Shown: positions 35,101 through 41,035, counted from the first letter of the stretch. The stretch is 64,000 nt of DNA from Leucoraja ocellata (GCA_036785375.1 JAWMAR010000313.1:992001-1056000), one strand, 5' to 3'. The notes: generated by a model not told the origin, from the sequence alone. Numbers and translations: made by a program.

Positions 35101-35657
35101 ATTTCTCCAGGTCAAAGGGGAAAAGTAGTTCAGAAGGATTAGAGGGAGATATCAGTGCATCTGGACCAAAGATTGATATGAAGGGCTCCAAAGGAAGCCT
35201 GGGTTTTGGTGATATTGAGGTGGAGAAATCAGAAATATCAATAGCTGGGAAGGATCCTAGCTTGGACATTGCCACTTCCCCTAAAGGGAAGTCAGGAACA
35301 CTAGATTTCTCTTTATTTAAAGGCAAACGGTCAGAACGTCACAGATCATCATCTCTGAGTGATGAGCATGAACTCTCCCCTTCTTCTCCCAAGGGCAAAT
35401 TAGAATTTGAAGAGGGGGCTGCGGGTGCAAAAGGCAAAAAGTCTAAGTTGAAATTTGGAACATTTGGAGGCTTTGGAGCTAAATCAAAGGGCTCCTATGA
35501 GGTCACTCTCAATGAAGGCGAAGCGGAAGTCGAGGGCAGTGAAATCGCTCTGGTTTCCAAAAAATCCCGTATCCCTTCCACTTCCAGCAGTGACAGCGGA
35601 TCTCGAGCAGGATTGCGCTTTCCTAAAGTAGAACTAAATATCAATAAGAAAAAATAA
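14169..35657 (+). CDS. AHNAK: AHNAK giant terminal coding exon (7162 aa plus stop)
   Basis: ttttttatttcctctag|AGT: SGDDEDYQRIFRKKIKPRLKSEDG, in frame with ORF 14265-35657 (human SGDDEEYQRIYTTKIKPRLKSEDG). Uninterrupted 21.5-kb ORF of KFxMPKF / xKGPKVD repeats with the conserved C-terminus. Confidence 0.96.
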   Translation, partial: SGDDEDYQRIFRKKIKPRLKSEDGIEAPDQDDMSSSVRITRKVITRTVHVTNPTAMTDVDIHSPEFKIKVPRHEQVSIEGSGPRLESSEMDMDVNLAGAEGLKFQMGDGQRTTHTMHIVKTKVVEVTGPDTEHGQTTFHMPQINLAGGTVQTSNLDVKFANTDMGRSAPNVDVSLPKTSIGFSDPNVTTGMQVAAIDTTIMKQNVHTEDSDGKISMHSIKMPACTISEMHVESKFPEGDIKATGTKIKGNVEMHDTDLASGKIRKPQYKISGVNVSESKYHISYPDLEIEHTKVTEELDAPKITFERDIKVPNVNIKGTKVETTAMKQSGLKFEAPSTHFPKQQAPDFDLNLKGPKVKGEHCIQMPSANTEVRIKGPKVDVDMPEAEIEGRSAMFNLPRFKTHKFQTSGLKLEGQDVNIDANPPEVDVNLSGPSLKGEAQMPNVNIEGTGKISGAKFGMPGFNVLAPKTGMADYNLDFKGPKVEGDIAVPDVNLKGDIKGPKVDFKGPKVQIEETDIKGSGAQFSMPHMNLPKVQAPEIDLNFRGPKLEGDHGIGVPSGKVEKELKGPQVDLDVGVSGAGGTKFGLPKHKLPKFHMDGSKVEVPVVHMGGNIRGADVKLSGSKLGGDVKIPDVDVEGTGKIKGSTLKGDLASGKVEGGIKAPKVHVDMDVPSGDVGGVSGNMRVPKFKLPKFQMSGSKVECSDLDFDVDIPSGDIKLSGPKLERDVEMPDVDVDVEGAVKITDPKFSMPGFNLSAPTIGMPDVNLDLKGTKIGQIEVPDVKLKRDIKGPNLDIKGPNVNIETPDLKGRGVKFSLPSMHLPKIEAPDINLNSRGSKLKGDYGVDMPSGKFEGEIKGPKVDVDVDMPQVDVEGDGGKFSLPKFKLPKFHMGGSKGGPDVGVDMNLPEADVKLSGPKIEGDVKMPDVDVDVEGAGKFKGPTFKTPGFDVSAPKIRMPDVDLRGPKMRGNYDVDLPSGKVEGKIKGPKVDVDVPGGDVEGGGGGFSVPKFKLPKFRMGGSKVEGPDMDIDANIPSGDIKLSGPKLEGDVEMPDVDVDVEGAGKIKGSKFHMPKFNLSAPKIGMPDFNLGAKGPKVEGDVGIPDVNLEGDIKGPNVDIKGPRVDIETPDVNGSKGKFSMPSIHMPKFHAPDIDLNFKSPKVKGDYDVEMPSGKFEGEIKAPKVDVDMDVPGGDVEGVGGKFSLPKFKKPKFHMGGSKVEVPDVDIDANIPEADVKLAGPKIQGGVEMPDVDLDIEGGSKIKGPKIHMPKFNLSAPKIGMPDFNLGAKGPKLEGDVGIPDVNLEGDIKGPSVDIKGPRVDIETPDVKGSGFKMSMPSIHMPKFHAPDLDLNFKGPNLKGDYDVEMPSGKVEGEFKGPKVDVDVDVPQVDVEGDGGKFSLPKFKLPKFHMGGSKGGPDVGVNMNLPEADVKLSGPKIEGGVKMPDVDVEGAGKFKGPSFKTPGFDVSAPKIRMPDVDLRGPKMGGNYDVDLPSGKVEGKIKGPNVDVDVPGGDVEGGGGGFSMPKFKLPKFRMGGSKVEGPDMDIDANIPSGDIKLSGPKLEGDVEMPDVDVDVEGAGKIKGSKFHMPKFNVSAPKIGMPDFNLGAKGPKVEGDVGIPDVNLEGDIKGPNIDIKGPRVDIETPDVNGSRGKISMPSIHMPKFHAPDIDLNFKSPKLKGDYDVDMPSGKFEGEIKGPKVDVDVDVPQVDVEGDGGKFSLPKFKLPKFHMGGSKGGPDVGVDMNLPEADVKLSGPKIEGDVKMPDVNVDVEGAGKFKGPTFKTPGFDVSAPKIRMPDVDLRGPKMGGNYDVDLPSGKMEGKIKGPKVDVDVPGVDVEGGGGGFSMPKFKMPKFRMGGSKVEGPDMDIDANIPSGDIKLSGPKLEGDVEMPDVDVDVEGAGKIKGSKFHMPKFNLSAPKIGMPDFNLGVKGPNVEGDVGIPDVNLEGDIKGPNVDIKGPRVDIETPDVNGSKGKFSMPSIHMPKFHAPDIDLNFKSPKVKGDYDVEMPSGKFEGEIKAPKVDVDMDVPGGDVEGGGGGFSMPKFKMPKFRMGGSKVEGPDMDIDANIPEADVKLSGPKIQGGVEMPDVDLDIEGGSKGKGSKFHMPKFNLSAPKIGMPDFNLGAKGPKVEGDVGIPDVNLEGDIKGPNVDIKGPRVDIETPDVKGSGFKMSMPSIHLPKFHAPDLDLNFKGPNLKGDYDVDMPSGKVEGEFKGPKVDVDVDVPQVDVEGDGGKFNLPKFKLPKFHMGGSKGGPDVGVDMNLPDADVKLSGPKIEGGVKMPDVDVDVEGAGKLKGPSFKMPGFDVSAPKIRMPDVDLRGPKMGGNYDVDLPSGKVEGKIKGPKVDVDVPGVDVEGGGGGFSMPKFKMPKFRMGGSKVEGPDMDIDANIPSGDIKLSGPKLEGDVEMPDVDVDVEGAGKIKGSKFHMPKFNLSAPKIGMPDFNLGVKGPKVEGDVGIPDVNLEGDIKGPNVDIKGPRVDIETPDVNGSKGKFSMPSIHMPKFHAPDIDLNFKSPKVKGDYDVEMPSGKFEGEIKGPKVDVDMDVPGGDVEGGGGGFSMPKFKMPKFRMGGSKVEVPDVDIDANIPEADVKLSGPKIQGGVEMPDVDLDIEGGSKGKGSKFHMPKFNLSAPKIGMPDFNLGAKGPKVEGDVGIPDVNLEGDIKGPNVDIKGPKVDIETPDVKGSGFKMSMPSIHLPKFHAPDLDLNFKGPNLKGDYDVDMPSGKVEGEFKGPKVDVDVDMPQVDVEGDGGKFNLPKFKLPKFHMGGSKGGPDVGVDMNLPEADVKLSGPKIEGGVKMPDVDVDVEGAGKFKGPSFKMPGFDVSAPKIRMPDVDLRGPKMGGNYDVDLPSGKMEGKIKGPNVDVDVPGGDVEGGGGGFSMPKFKMPKFRMGGSKVEGPDMDIDANIPSGDIKLSGPKLEGDVEMPDVDVDVEGAGKIKGSKFHMPKFNLSAPKIGMPDFNLGAKGPKVEGDVGIPDVNLEGDIKGPNVDIKGPRVDIETPDVNGSKGKFSMPSIHMPKFHAPDIDLNFKSPKVKGDYDVEMPSGKFEGEIKGPKVDVDMDVPGGDVEGGGGGFSMPKFKMPKFRMGGSKVEGPDMDIDANIPEADIKLSGPKIQGGVEMPDVDLDIEGGSKGKGSKFHMPKFNLSAPKIGMPDFNLGAKGPKVEGDVGIPDVNLEGDIKGPNVDIKGPRVDIETPDVKGSGFKMSMPSIHLPKFHAPDLDLNFKGPNLKGDYDVDMPSGKVEGEFKGPKVDVDVDVPQVDVEGDGGKFNLPKFKLPKFHMGGSKGGPDVGVDMNLPDADVKLSGPKIEGGVKMPDVDVDVEGAGKFKGPSFKMPGFDVSAPKIRMPDVDLRGPKMGGNYDVDLPSGKVEGKIKGPKVDVDVPGVDVEGGGGGFSMPKFKMPKFRMGGSKVEGPDMDIDANIPSGDIKLSGPKLEGDVEMPDVDVDVEGAGKIKGSKFHMPKFNLSAPKIGMPDFNLGAKGPKVEGDVGIPDVNLEGDIKGPNVDIKGPRVDIETPDVNGSKGKFSMPSIHMPKFHAPDIDLNFKSPKVKGDYDVEMPSGKFEGEIKAPKVDVDMDVPGGDVEGGGGGFSMPKFKMPKFRMGGSKVEGPDIDIDANIPEADVKLSGPKIQGGVEMPDVDLDIEGGSKGKGSKFHMPKFNLSAPKIGMPDFNLGAKGPKVEGDVGIPDVNLEGDIKGPNVDIKGPKVDIETPDVKGSGFKMSMPSIHMPKFHAPDLDLNFKGPNLKGDYDVDMPSGKVEGEFKGPKVDVDVDVPQVDVEGDGGKFSLPKFKLPKFHMGGSKGGPDVGVDMNLPEADVKLSGPKIEGDVKMPDVDVDVEGAGKFKGPSFKMPGFDVSAPKIRMPDVDLRGPKMGGNYDVDLPSGKVEGKIKGPNVDVDVPGGDVEGGGGGFSMPKFKMPKFRMGGSKVEGPDMDIDANIPSGDIKLSGPKLEGDVEMPDVDLDIEGGIKGKGSKFHMPKFNLSAPKIGMPDFNLGAKGPKVEGDVGIPDVNLEGDIKGPNVDIKGPRVDIETPDVNGSKGKFSMPSIHMPKFHAPDIDLNFKSPKVKGDYDVEMPSGKFEGEIKAPKVDVDMDVPGGDVEGGGGGFSMPKFKMPKFHMGGSKVEVPDVDIDANIPEADVKLSGPKIQGGVEMPDVDLDIEGGIKGKGSKFHMPKFNLSAPKIGMPDFNLGAKGPKVEGDVGIPDVNLEGDIKGPNVDIKGPKVDIETPDVKGSGFKMSMPSIHMPKFHAPDLDLNFKGPNLKGDYDVDMPSGKVEGEFKGPKVDVDVDVPQVDVEGDGGKFSLPKFKLPKFHMGGSKGGPDVGVDMNLPEADVKLSGPKIEGDVKMPDVDVDVEGAGKFKGPSFKMPGFDVSAPNIRMPDFNVDLGGPKMGGNYDVDLPSGKVEGKIKGPKVDVDVPGGDVEGVGGGFSMPKFKMPKFRMGGSKVEGPDMDIDANIPSGDIKLSGPKLEGDVEMPDVDIEGAGKIKGSQFRMPGFNISAPKIGKPDFNLEFKGPKVGADVDIPEGDFKGPNVDIKAPKVNIEAPDVKGSGGKISLPSIHLPKIQAPELDFSLRGPKVKGDYDVEVPSANIEGGIKAPQIGGDVSGVDADGGSGKFNFPKFKMPKFRIGGSKEGGLDVNLGANVPGADVKLSGPKMEAKSPDVDVSLKAPKVKGDYDINVPSGKVQGEIKGPKLDVNMPGADVEGGSGKFSFPKFKMPRFHVGGSKVKGRDIEIEGPKIDLEGPDIKGGGGKFSMPKIHAPDVDLSLKSPKLKGDYDINMPSGKIEGEMKAPKVDIDMDVPGTEVEGTSGKFGFPKFKLPKFHMGGPKIEAPDLDINAKLPQTDVSLSTPKLEGDVKMPDVDVDVEGAGKIKGSKFSMPGFNISAPKIGMPDFNLGAKGPKVEGDVGIPDVNLEGDIKGPNVDIKGPKVDIETPDVKGSGFKMSLPSIHMPKFQAPDIDLNFKGPKLKGDYDVEMPSGKFEGEIKAPKVDVDMDVPGGDVEGIGGKFSLPKFKMPKFHMSGPKVDVPDVDIDANIPEADIKLSGPKIQGGVEMPDVDLDIEGGSKIKGPKIHMPKFNLSAPKIGMPDFNLGAKGPKVEGDVGIPDVNLEGDIKGPNVDIKGPKVDIETPDVKGSGFKMSLPSIHMPKFQAPDIDLNFKGPKLKGDYDVEMPSGKFEGEIKAPKVDVDMDVPGGDVEGIGGKFSLPKFKMPKFHMSGPKVDVPDVDIDANIPEADIKLSGPKIQGGVEMPDVDLDIEGGSKIKGPKIHMPKFNLSAPKIGMPDFNLGAKGPKVEGDIGIPDVNLEGNIKGPNVDIKGPRVDIETPDVNGSKGKFSLPSIHMPKFQAPDIDLNFKSPKLKGDYDVEMPSGKFEGEIKAPKVDVDMDVPGGDVEGIGGKFSLPKFKMPKFHMSGPKVDVPDVDIDANIPEADIKLSGPKIQGGVEMPDVDLDIEGGSKIKGPKIHMPKFNLSAPKIGMPDFNLGAKGPKVEGDVGIPDVNLEGDIKGPNVDIKGPKVDIETPDVKGSGFKMSLPSIHMPKFQAPDIDLNFKSPKLKGDYDVEMPSGKFEGEIKAPKVDVDMDVPGGDVEGIGGKFSLPKFKMPKFHMGGPNVDVPDVDIDANIPEADIKLSGPKIQGGVEMPDVDLDIEGGSKIKGPKIHMPKFNLSAPKIGMPDFNLGAKGPKVEGDVGIPDVNLEGDIKGPSVDIKGPRVDIETPDVKGSGSKFSLPSMHLPKLHAPDIDLNFRGPKVKGDHEIDVPTGKIEGDIKGPKVDVDVPGIDAEGSGGKFSFPKFKFPKFRLGGPKVEGPDVDINAKVPTADIKLSGPKMEGNVEMPEMDVDVGGKVKSPKFKMPGFNINAPNIGMPGFKVEGPDADFGAKLPEADIKLAGPKVEGDVKIPDVDVEGSGKFKSPKFKVPGFNFSAPKIGIPDFDLEFKGPKMGGGVDLPDVNLEGDIKSPHVDIKGPNVEIEAPNLKGHGGKFSLPKISGPKVAGVEIPDVDLDVEGGSKIKGTKLKMPGFDISAPKIGMPDFNLELKSPKLGGDIDAPDLNMEGDIKGPNFNIKSPKVDLKMPDVKESGPKISLPSVHLPHIKTPDFDLGFKGSKLKGSSDIDISSPNIGGEIKGPKIDVEAPDIDLEGTGGHFHMPKIKMPKFKIGGTKIDGPDVDIDASVPKANVKIDGADVPEINLDADSKIKGPGFQMPGFNISLPKFKGPNADVNLKGPELKGGVEVPDINMGGDIKGPEFEMKGPKVDIVGSGINIEGPDLKGDGHKFSTPALDIGLKDHDLKGTADIRSPGFGIDVSAPKIDVGGEGGAHLKMPKMKKPKFGFGVKGQGDISAPSLDVDVPSPDVDVNVDSPDISVKTKGKKGKFKMPKLNIKSKKTKSDLDLSKPDIDIKSPHLSASLGSSDEQLNIKSSKLKKSRFGKVKLSFPDVEFDLASPKVKGELPNAKAEGELQVPNVNLSSHDMKGPHIDIRAPGMNVNTDADLQGPGVKVKGSKFPNVNIKSPKMADTNMDINLKGTGLKGEASGNIEGPTIGIKRPEINFDVDAPNVDIEKPEGKLKMKMKKPNVTVSGPNVNLDTSGGAEGKLKMPKMKLSSFGLGSKAGEIDTNVAVNLPKAEFSGPKLEGGIDMPSTDVNISAPKLNLESPDVRFGGLEGKLKMPELNISGGKDKGSGLNLGINAPKIGGDLKTSGLGLNVEAPDMGINTEGKIKGPQIDMSAPDMSVNLKDPQLKGSINLPDPNIKGIFKGPLMDVKGPGIDVDGGDFNIEGGKIKMPQINIPKVDTNIAGLNVKGDNFSGSGISASDFGVNVKGPTLGTKLSGPKMDIKSPKVEIEGPSMKLNGADVNIDGLKEKFSSAAPKANIEFSGAKFEGGSLSADVPVKGGIGVSSSKSVFYDPELDVKAPGMSADIRSIELDVPLDKMKIPKFKPSQFKIKSPNLDEREIAVGARVPEITSSAQGPGINIKGPQASVNLPEGEMESTGVKVKKGKIKMPKFNFSRSKGKSSSEGLEGDISASGPKIDMKGSKGSLGFGDIEVEKSEISIAGKDPSLDIATSPKGKSGTLDFSLFKGKRSERHRSSSLSDEHELSPSSPKGKLEFEEGAAGAKGKKSKLKFGTFGGFGAKSKGSYEVTLNEGEAEVEGSEIALVSKKSRIPSTSSSDSGSRAGLRFPKVELNINKKK
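16685..27850 (+). repeat. AHNAK coding higher-order tandem repeat: units A (381 nt), B (579 nt), C (585 nt); period 1545 nt
   Basis: Homologous positions recur at 20144/21689/23234/24779/26324 and 19184/20729/22274/23819/25364/26909. Confidence 0.9.
28439..31360 (+). repeat. AHNAK coding tandem array of 585-nt (195-aa) units, about 5 copies
   Basis: Homologous positions at 28439, 29024, 29609, 30194 and 30779. Confidence 0.9.
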
Positions 35658-36616
35658 TAATTATGTAAATATGCCCGTCACTGTAAATAGAAATTAACTG
35701 CATTACTTTACATGGAAAAGCCAAGGCATGGAGATCCATTAGACTTCATCCCTATTTCATTTGCAGGTCAAAAGTAGGATGGAATATTTAAAGTGTTGAA
35801 TTCCTTTTTCTTTAATGCAAGGAATAGAATCGTGTCAGACCTGACCTGCAGATATTTCAGTACACTTCTGTATCAGCTAAAAATCAAATTAAAGTTCTAT
35901 TACTACAAGCTGAGAGCAATAGCTAACTAGCAGGAAAAAAATAAAACCTATTTTGATACATTTTCTATGTAGCAGTTTATTATTTTCATATATTTGGTAA
36001 AATGGAGGTGTTAAGACATGTAATCACTGGTGCTCTCTCTGGCTTACTTTATTCGATAGAGTTGCAGCTAATGTATGAGAGGTTTTACTGAAATTTGACT
36101 TCTGATGAAAACACACAGAGACATTGGTAGAGGAAGAATTTAAGCTGTCTTTAGACAAATAGGTTATTGCTTACCCACGTAAGGTGAAATCTGGCAAAAA
36201 GACAAATAGCCTCAATTCACACTGTCATAATAGCAGTATTGTCAGGATCCAACAACAATCAGTTTGGCCTGTATCTTTTCTCCGTAAATTATTAGGACTG
36301 CAATAAAATATAAAATTCTGTTCTGGGTAGTTTAAATTCTTCAGCTTTGTAAATGTGTAAGTGTGTTCTGTGGAACTAGTTAGGGCGTATTTCTACTGTG
36401 AATTAGTACATTAACACCACCATCGCTTCCCTGACCCGAGCCACAAATTTGTGGTGATGATGCTGCTGCTGTTGTAATCTTTTATTTCCATATCCTTCTT
36501 TCACAAGAGTGAATTACTCACTACTCAACCATCATATATCCAGTTTGGTTGCACTTTAAACTTCCCATCTCCTCCGCGACTTCTCAAAGCCACTCTACCT
36601 TCTACCCCTACAATCC

Positions 36617-36717
36617 GGTGTGGCTCAGTTGAGAAGTGCACTGCCTCATGTGGAACAGCCTAACGGATGTCCAAGATTTTAGGTTGGATTGACCAGTCTG
36701 AACCAAATTAGCTGATC
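36617..36717 (+). mobile_element. Ancient tRNA-derived SINE head (LF-SINE-like) in the putative AHNAK 3' UTR
   Basis: GTGGCTCAGTTG..TGCACTGCC..TGTGG..AGCC..AGGTT.GAT..GTCTG..TTAGCTGATC is collinear with the LF-SINE 5' consensus as I recall it; not searched. Confidence 0.4.
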
Positions 36718-37051
36718 GTGTAGGTGTGCTGTTGCAGGAGTCTGGAACATTCAATTTCCTTGCATTGCGAAGCACAATACAAGAGTATATCTTCCCTACA
36801 TGCAAAATGAAGTCTCACAGTAAAGCAACGCCTTGCTGAGTTCACAGAAAGCACCTAATATCCTTGTAACATAATTAGCAAATTCCTTTTGTTATGAATG
36901 GCGAGAATTGTGATTTTGCCAGATATTTTTCTTATCATTTCATTGTTTCACTCAATAATGTTAATAGAATTCTTTTTTCATAATTCTGTCTGCACTTCTG
37001 CGGCAAATAGACGATGGGAATGTAAGACAAGTGTGTACCTTGTAAAAATCA

Positions 37052-37095
37052 AATAAATCGTTCATTACCCTGAATTAAAGGTTGGTCTTTCTTCC
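37052..37095 (+). terminator. Likely AHNAK polyadenylation signal
   Basis: AATAAA at 37052-37057 (and ATTAAA 37074-37079) followed by a GU/U-rich tract, just before repeats resume. Alternative AATAAA at 35940 and 36302. Confidence 0.5.
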
Positions 37096-37228
37096 TCAAT
37101 TTTATAAAAATTATCAACCAAATGCCTCGGCCAATACATTGAAATACTCGGAAAGCTCCAACTGGCATTGGGGCTGAGGTACAGAAAATAATTTAGGCAG
37201 GATCCCGATCCCTTTTATTCTCAGAGAA

Positions 37229-37528
37229 TTAGTTTAGTTTAGAAATACAGCGCAGAAACAGGCCCTTCGGCCCACAGAGTCTGCACCGATCAGCGATCCC
37301 CACACATTAACACTACCCTATACATACTAGTGTACATTTATGCCAAGCCAACTAACCTACAAAGCTGTACATCTTTGAAGTGTGGGAAGAAACCAAAGAT
37401 CTCGGAGAAAACCCACACGGTCATGGGGAGAACGTACAAACTATGTACAGGCAGCACCCATAGTCAGGATCGAACCCGGGTCTCTGGCACTGTAAGGCAA
37501 TAGCTCTACTATGCCACTGTGATGCCCC
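37229..37528 (-). mobile_element. HE1-like V-SINE, near full length
   Basis: tRNA-like head, V-domain and (ctaaa)n tail on the minus strand. Confidence 0.8.
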
Positions 37529-37781
37529 AGGTGTGTGGAACAAGTTAAATGTTTATATTGGTTGAGGAAAACATTGGTATAACTGAATTTTCATGTCCAA
37601 CTAACCTTCCAAGTCTTGGGCCCTGAGATTGCTGGAAATCTTCCTGCAATCATCACTTTTGTGATTCTGAATGGTCCTATGTCAATCCTATTCAAAATCT
37701 CAGCAGCAATGGCACGTAGAGGAGGTGAGGGGTGTTCGGATTAAATGGGCCCAAATGTAAATGTAAACCTTTTTTTAGTTT

Positions 37782-38018
37782 TAGGCTGTGGGCCGGGGAG
37801 CTTTATTCTGCAGTTTTGTGACCCAAGTCACCAAACTACATGAAATTTTCACATATTGTGTACATTTTTTAATATAAATCACCCCTGAAACTCGATATGA
37901 AGAAGACATGCACATTTTTTATTAAATTAGAGAAAAACCTGAACATTTTCAGGTAATTTTTAGTCCAATCACAAAATCCCATTTCTAGACACATTTTTGA
38001 TGCTCAGCCCACAGCCTA
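37782..38018. mobile_element. hAT-like MITE inserted in a V-SINE tail
   Basis: 12-bp TIR TAGGCTGTGGGC / GCCCACAGCCTA; 8-bp TSD TTTAGTTT / TTTAGCTT. Confidence 0.7.
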
Positions 38019-38300
38019 TTTAGCTTACACATACCACCGAGTCCACGCTAACCAGCGATCCCCGCACATTAACACTATCCTACACACACTAGGGACAATT
38101 TACACACATACACCAAGCCAATTAACCTATATACCCGTACGTCTTTGGAGTGGGAGGAAACCGAAGATCTTCGAGAAAACCCACGCAGTCACAAGGAGAG
38201 CATATACACTCCGTACAGGCAGCATCCGTACAGACAGGAATCAAAACCAGGTCTCCGGCGCTGCAAGCGCTGTGAGGCAGCAACTCTACTGCTGTGCTGT
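38019..38300 (-). mobile_element. HE1-like V-SINE
   Basis: Reverse-complement V-domain and tRNA head. Confidence 0.75.
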
Positions 38301-38571
38301 GGCTGCTTGGAAGTATGGAAGCTTGGAATAAAACACCTTGCCACAGAAGGTTATGGAGACCGTCATAGATAGATATATTCTTGATTAGTACAGGTAATGG
38401 CGAGAAGGCACGAGAATGGGGTTAAGAGGGAAAGATAGATCAGCCATGATTGAATGGTGGAGTAGGCAAAGGACCGAATTACCTAATTCTGCTCTTATCC
38501 ATTATGACCACTACTACTTACATTCCAAACACAAAGCGGGTACAAGAAAAACCTACACATTCTAAATTACC

Positions 38572-39011
38572 CAATAACCATATAACAATTACAGCACGGA
38601 AACATGCCATCTCAACCCTTCTAGTCCGTGCCGAACACATAATCTCCCCTAGTCCCATATACCTGCGCTCAGACCATAACCCTCCATTCCCTTCCCATCC
38701 ATAACTATCCAATTTATTTTTAAATGATAAAAACGAACCTGCCTCCACCACCTTCACTGGAAGCTCATTCCACACAGCTACCACTCTCTGAGTAAAGAAG
38801 TTCCCCCTCATGTTACCCCTAAACTTCAGTCCCTTAATTCTCAAGTCATGTCCCCTTGTTTGAATCTTCCCTACGCTCAGTGGGAAAAGCTTTTCCACGT
38901 CAACTCTGTCTATCCCTCTCATCATTTTAAAAACCTCTATCAAGTCCCCCCTTAACCTTCTGCGCTCCAAAGAATAAAGCCCTAACTTGTTCAACCTTTC
39001 TCTGTAACTTA
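38572..39011 (-). mobile_element. CR1 LINE 3' fragment, subfamily B
   Basis: ORF 38518-38994(-) LGLYSLERRRLRGDLIEVFKMMRGIDRVD...WNELP, with (ttatatgg) tail. Confidence 0.85.
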
Positions 39012-39379
39012 ATCATAAGACCTGGAAAATCAATCTTTCCACACCCCTCCCCCATATACTCCTTGATATACTGTATTCGGTCCACTCTGCACTGGCAATT
39101 TCAATATTCCACTCATATCTGAAGAATGCCAGATTCATGATGAGGTAATATGGAACTGCAGGTGCTGTTGCAAAGGACCAGAGGAACTCAGCCGGTCAGG
39201 CAGCATCATCGGAGGAAATGGATAGGTGATGTTTTGGGTCAGCACCCTTCCTCAGATAAGAGTAGCCCATTCTCAAACAGGAATGCAGAAATCAGATGAG
39301 TAACAGCAGCTAAGCCAGGGAGGAGAAACCAAAACCAAGGGCTAACAATTAACGTTGACACCACTGCGAGCAAAACATG

Positions 39380-39597
39380 ACACAAAGTGCTAGAGTAACT
39401 AGGTAGGTCAGGCGGCATCTCTAGAAAATATGGATAGGTGACATTTCAGGTCGGGACCCTTCTTTAGAATCCAAAAGGCAACTGAAGGGTTCCGACCTGA
39501 AAAGTCATCTAGCCATGTTCCCCAGAGATGCTGCCTGATCCACGGAGTTAGTACAGCACTGTTTATTGTAAACCAGCATCAGCAGTTCCTTGTTTCT
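39380..39597. mobile_element. Older Penelope-derived hairpin (related fragments about 39150-39260 and 39950-40095)
   Basis: Diverged inverted pLTR arms. Confidence 0.55.
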
Positions 39598-40734
39598 CCA
39601 AGGGAACCTGCCACCCATAGGCTTGGCAAAGATCTCTGACACATCACAAGAAATAGGAATAATTATTTGACAGAATTTCATTTATTTGAAGTGAAACAGA
39701 ATATTTTGTTTTATTTTCAGTGTAGATGAGACTTTACAATTCCACCCCACAGATTTATTTGTTCGTCATAATCCACATTATATCATTACTGGAATTTACA
39801 CATAATATATTAATTCTATCCATATACATAAGATACATTAGGTCACCCAACACAATACAGACTACTCTCTGGATTTCAAATCCAAAAGGCAGCCATCAGG
39901 AATGAAGGGGAGAACTGACCAGGGGGGGGGGTGAGGATCTTTGAAAAAAATGGATAGGTGACGTTTCGGGTCGGGACTCATCTGGGTCCTAAATTCTGAG
40001 GGTAGACACAAATGCTGGAGGAACTCAGCAGGACGGGCAGCATCTCTAGAGAGAAGGAATGGGTAACATTTCGGGTCGAGACCTATCGTCAGACTAATTC
40101 ACCTAAATTCTGAAATACCTTCGCTCATCTCTACCTCTTTGTGATGATGCTCATCTCATCACTTTATGATTTTTAAAATATCCATCTTTGATCAAACCAT
40201 TGATTAACTAATGTGATACCGTTACTTGTAACCTGTTATCATTTTTTTGGTTATAATTGCACTTACTTGTAATTACCACCAGCAGTTAAGAGTTAAAATC
40301 TGTATAAGATCAAAGCATGGTACTTAATTATGGCTTGTAGCATTTAAATATATAATCATCTGTCATACAGTTCTTATTTTGTTTCTTATAAAATGCTATT
40401 AGATCATACAGTATTTAAAATTAGCTGTAGTGTTACTTAGTTCCAATAAACATTTAAAAGTTCTGGGTCACGTTGTTCCAAATGGCTTGAAATCAAGGAG
40501 GACTACCTATTATAAGGTTGCGTATTCCAGTAAGATGCACCAATGTATGGTTTTATTTTAATGATTCGTGATTTAGCATCAGCATTACACACAAAACATA
40601 ATAAGTACAAATACCCCTGGTTATAACGGACCATAAGGGGCGGGGGGGAATGGTCCACTACAACCGAGTAAGAGATTTGTTCCAACCACCTAACAGCCAT
40701 TCCGTGAAACAACAAGTTGTTTTCAAATGCAAGG

Positions 40735-41035
40735 TTCTTTTTAACAGGGGAAAAAGAATCTCCTGTGGCGTTCTGTGCTGCGTCTTGGTTGAACCAGTCA
40801 GTTGCTGAAGGTGCTCATCAGGTTGACCAGTATGTCATGGTGAGCTGTATTGTCCATGACACTCCGCAGTGTGAGGAGCATCCTCCTCTCCAAGACCACC
40901 TCCTGTGAATCTAACTCCACCCCCAGGTCGGAGCCAGCCTTCCTGATGAGCTTGTTAATTCTGTTGATGTCCGCGACTTTCGCCCTGCTACCCCAGCACA
41001 CAACAGCGAAGAAGTGATCAGCACTGGCCATCACA
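40735..41035 (-). mobile_element. Rex1/Babar-like LINE fragment
   Basis: ORF 40798-41034(-) FFAVVCWGS..DINRINKLIRKAGS. Confidence 0.6.

Larger units (their letters stand above)
10487..35657 (+). other. AHNAK: AHNAK gene, spliced CDS span join(10487..10640,12524..12714,14169..35657), about 7277 aa
   Basis: N-terminal PDZ domain, central repeats, and a C-terminus matching AHNAK1 (KIKMPKFNFS, RHRSSSLSDE, KLKFGTFGG.G.KSKG.YEVT, SKKSR..S.SSSDSG). GT-AG introns in compatible phases. Confidence 0.95.

Noticed and set aside
16160-35326. Many long antisense ORFs (up to 521 aa) and short alternative-frame ORFs over the AHNAK exon
   Set aside because: Shadows of the repetitive, codon-biased sense ORF: they recur with the repeat period and have S/T/P/G-rich low-complexity translations.
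10487-35657. Assignment to AHNAK2 or periaxin
   Set aside because: The N-terminus, the KIKPRLKSEDG motif and the C-terminal tail align with AHNAK1, and the linkage to POLR2G agrees.
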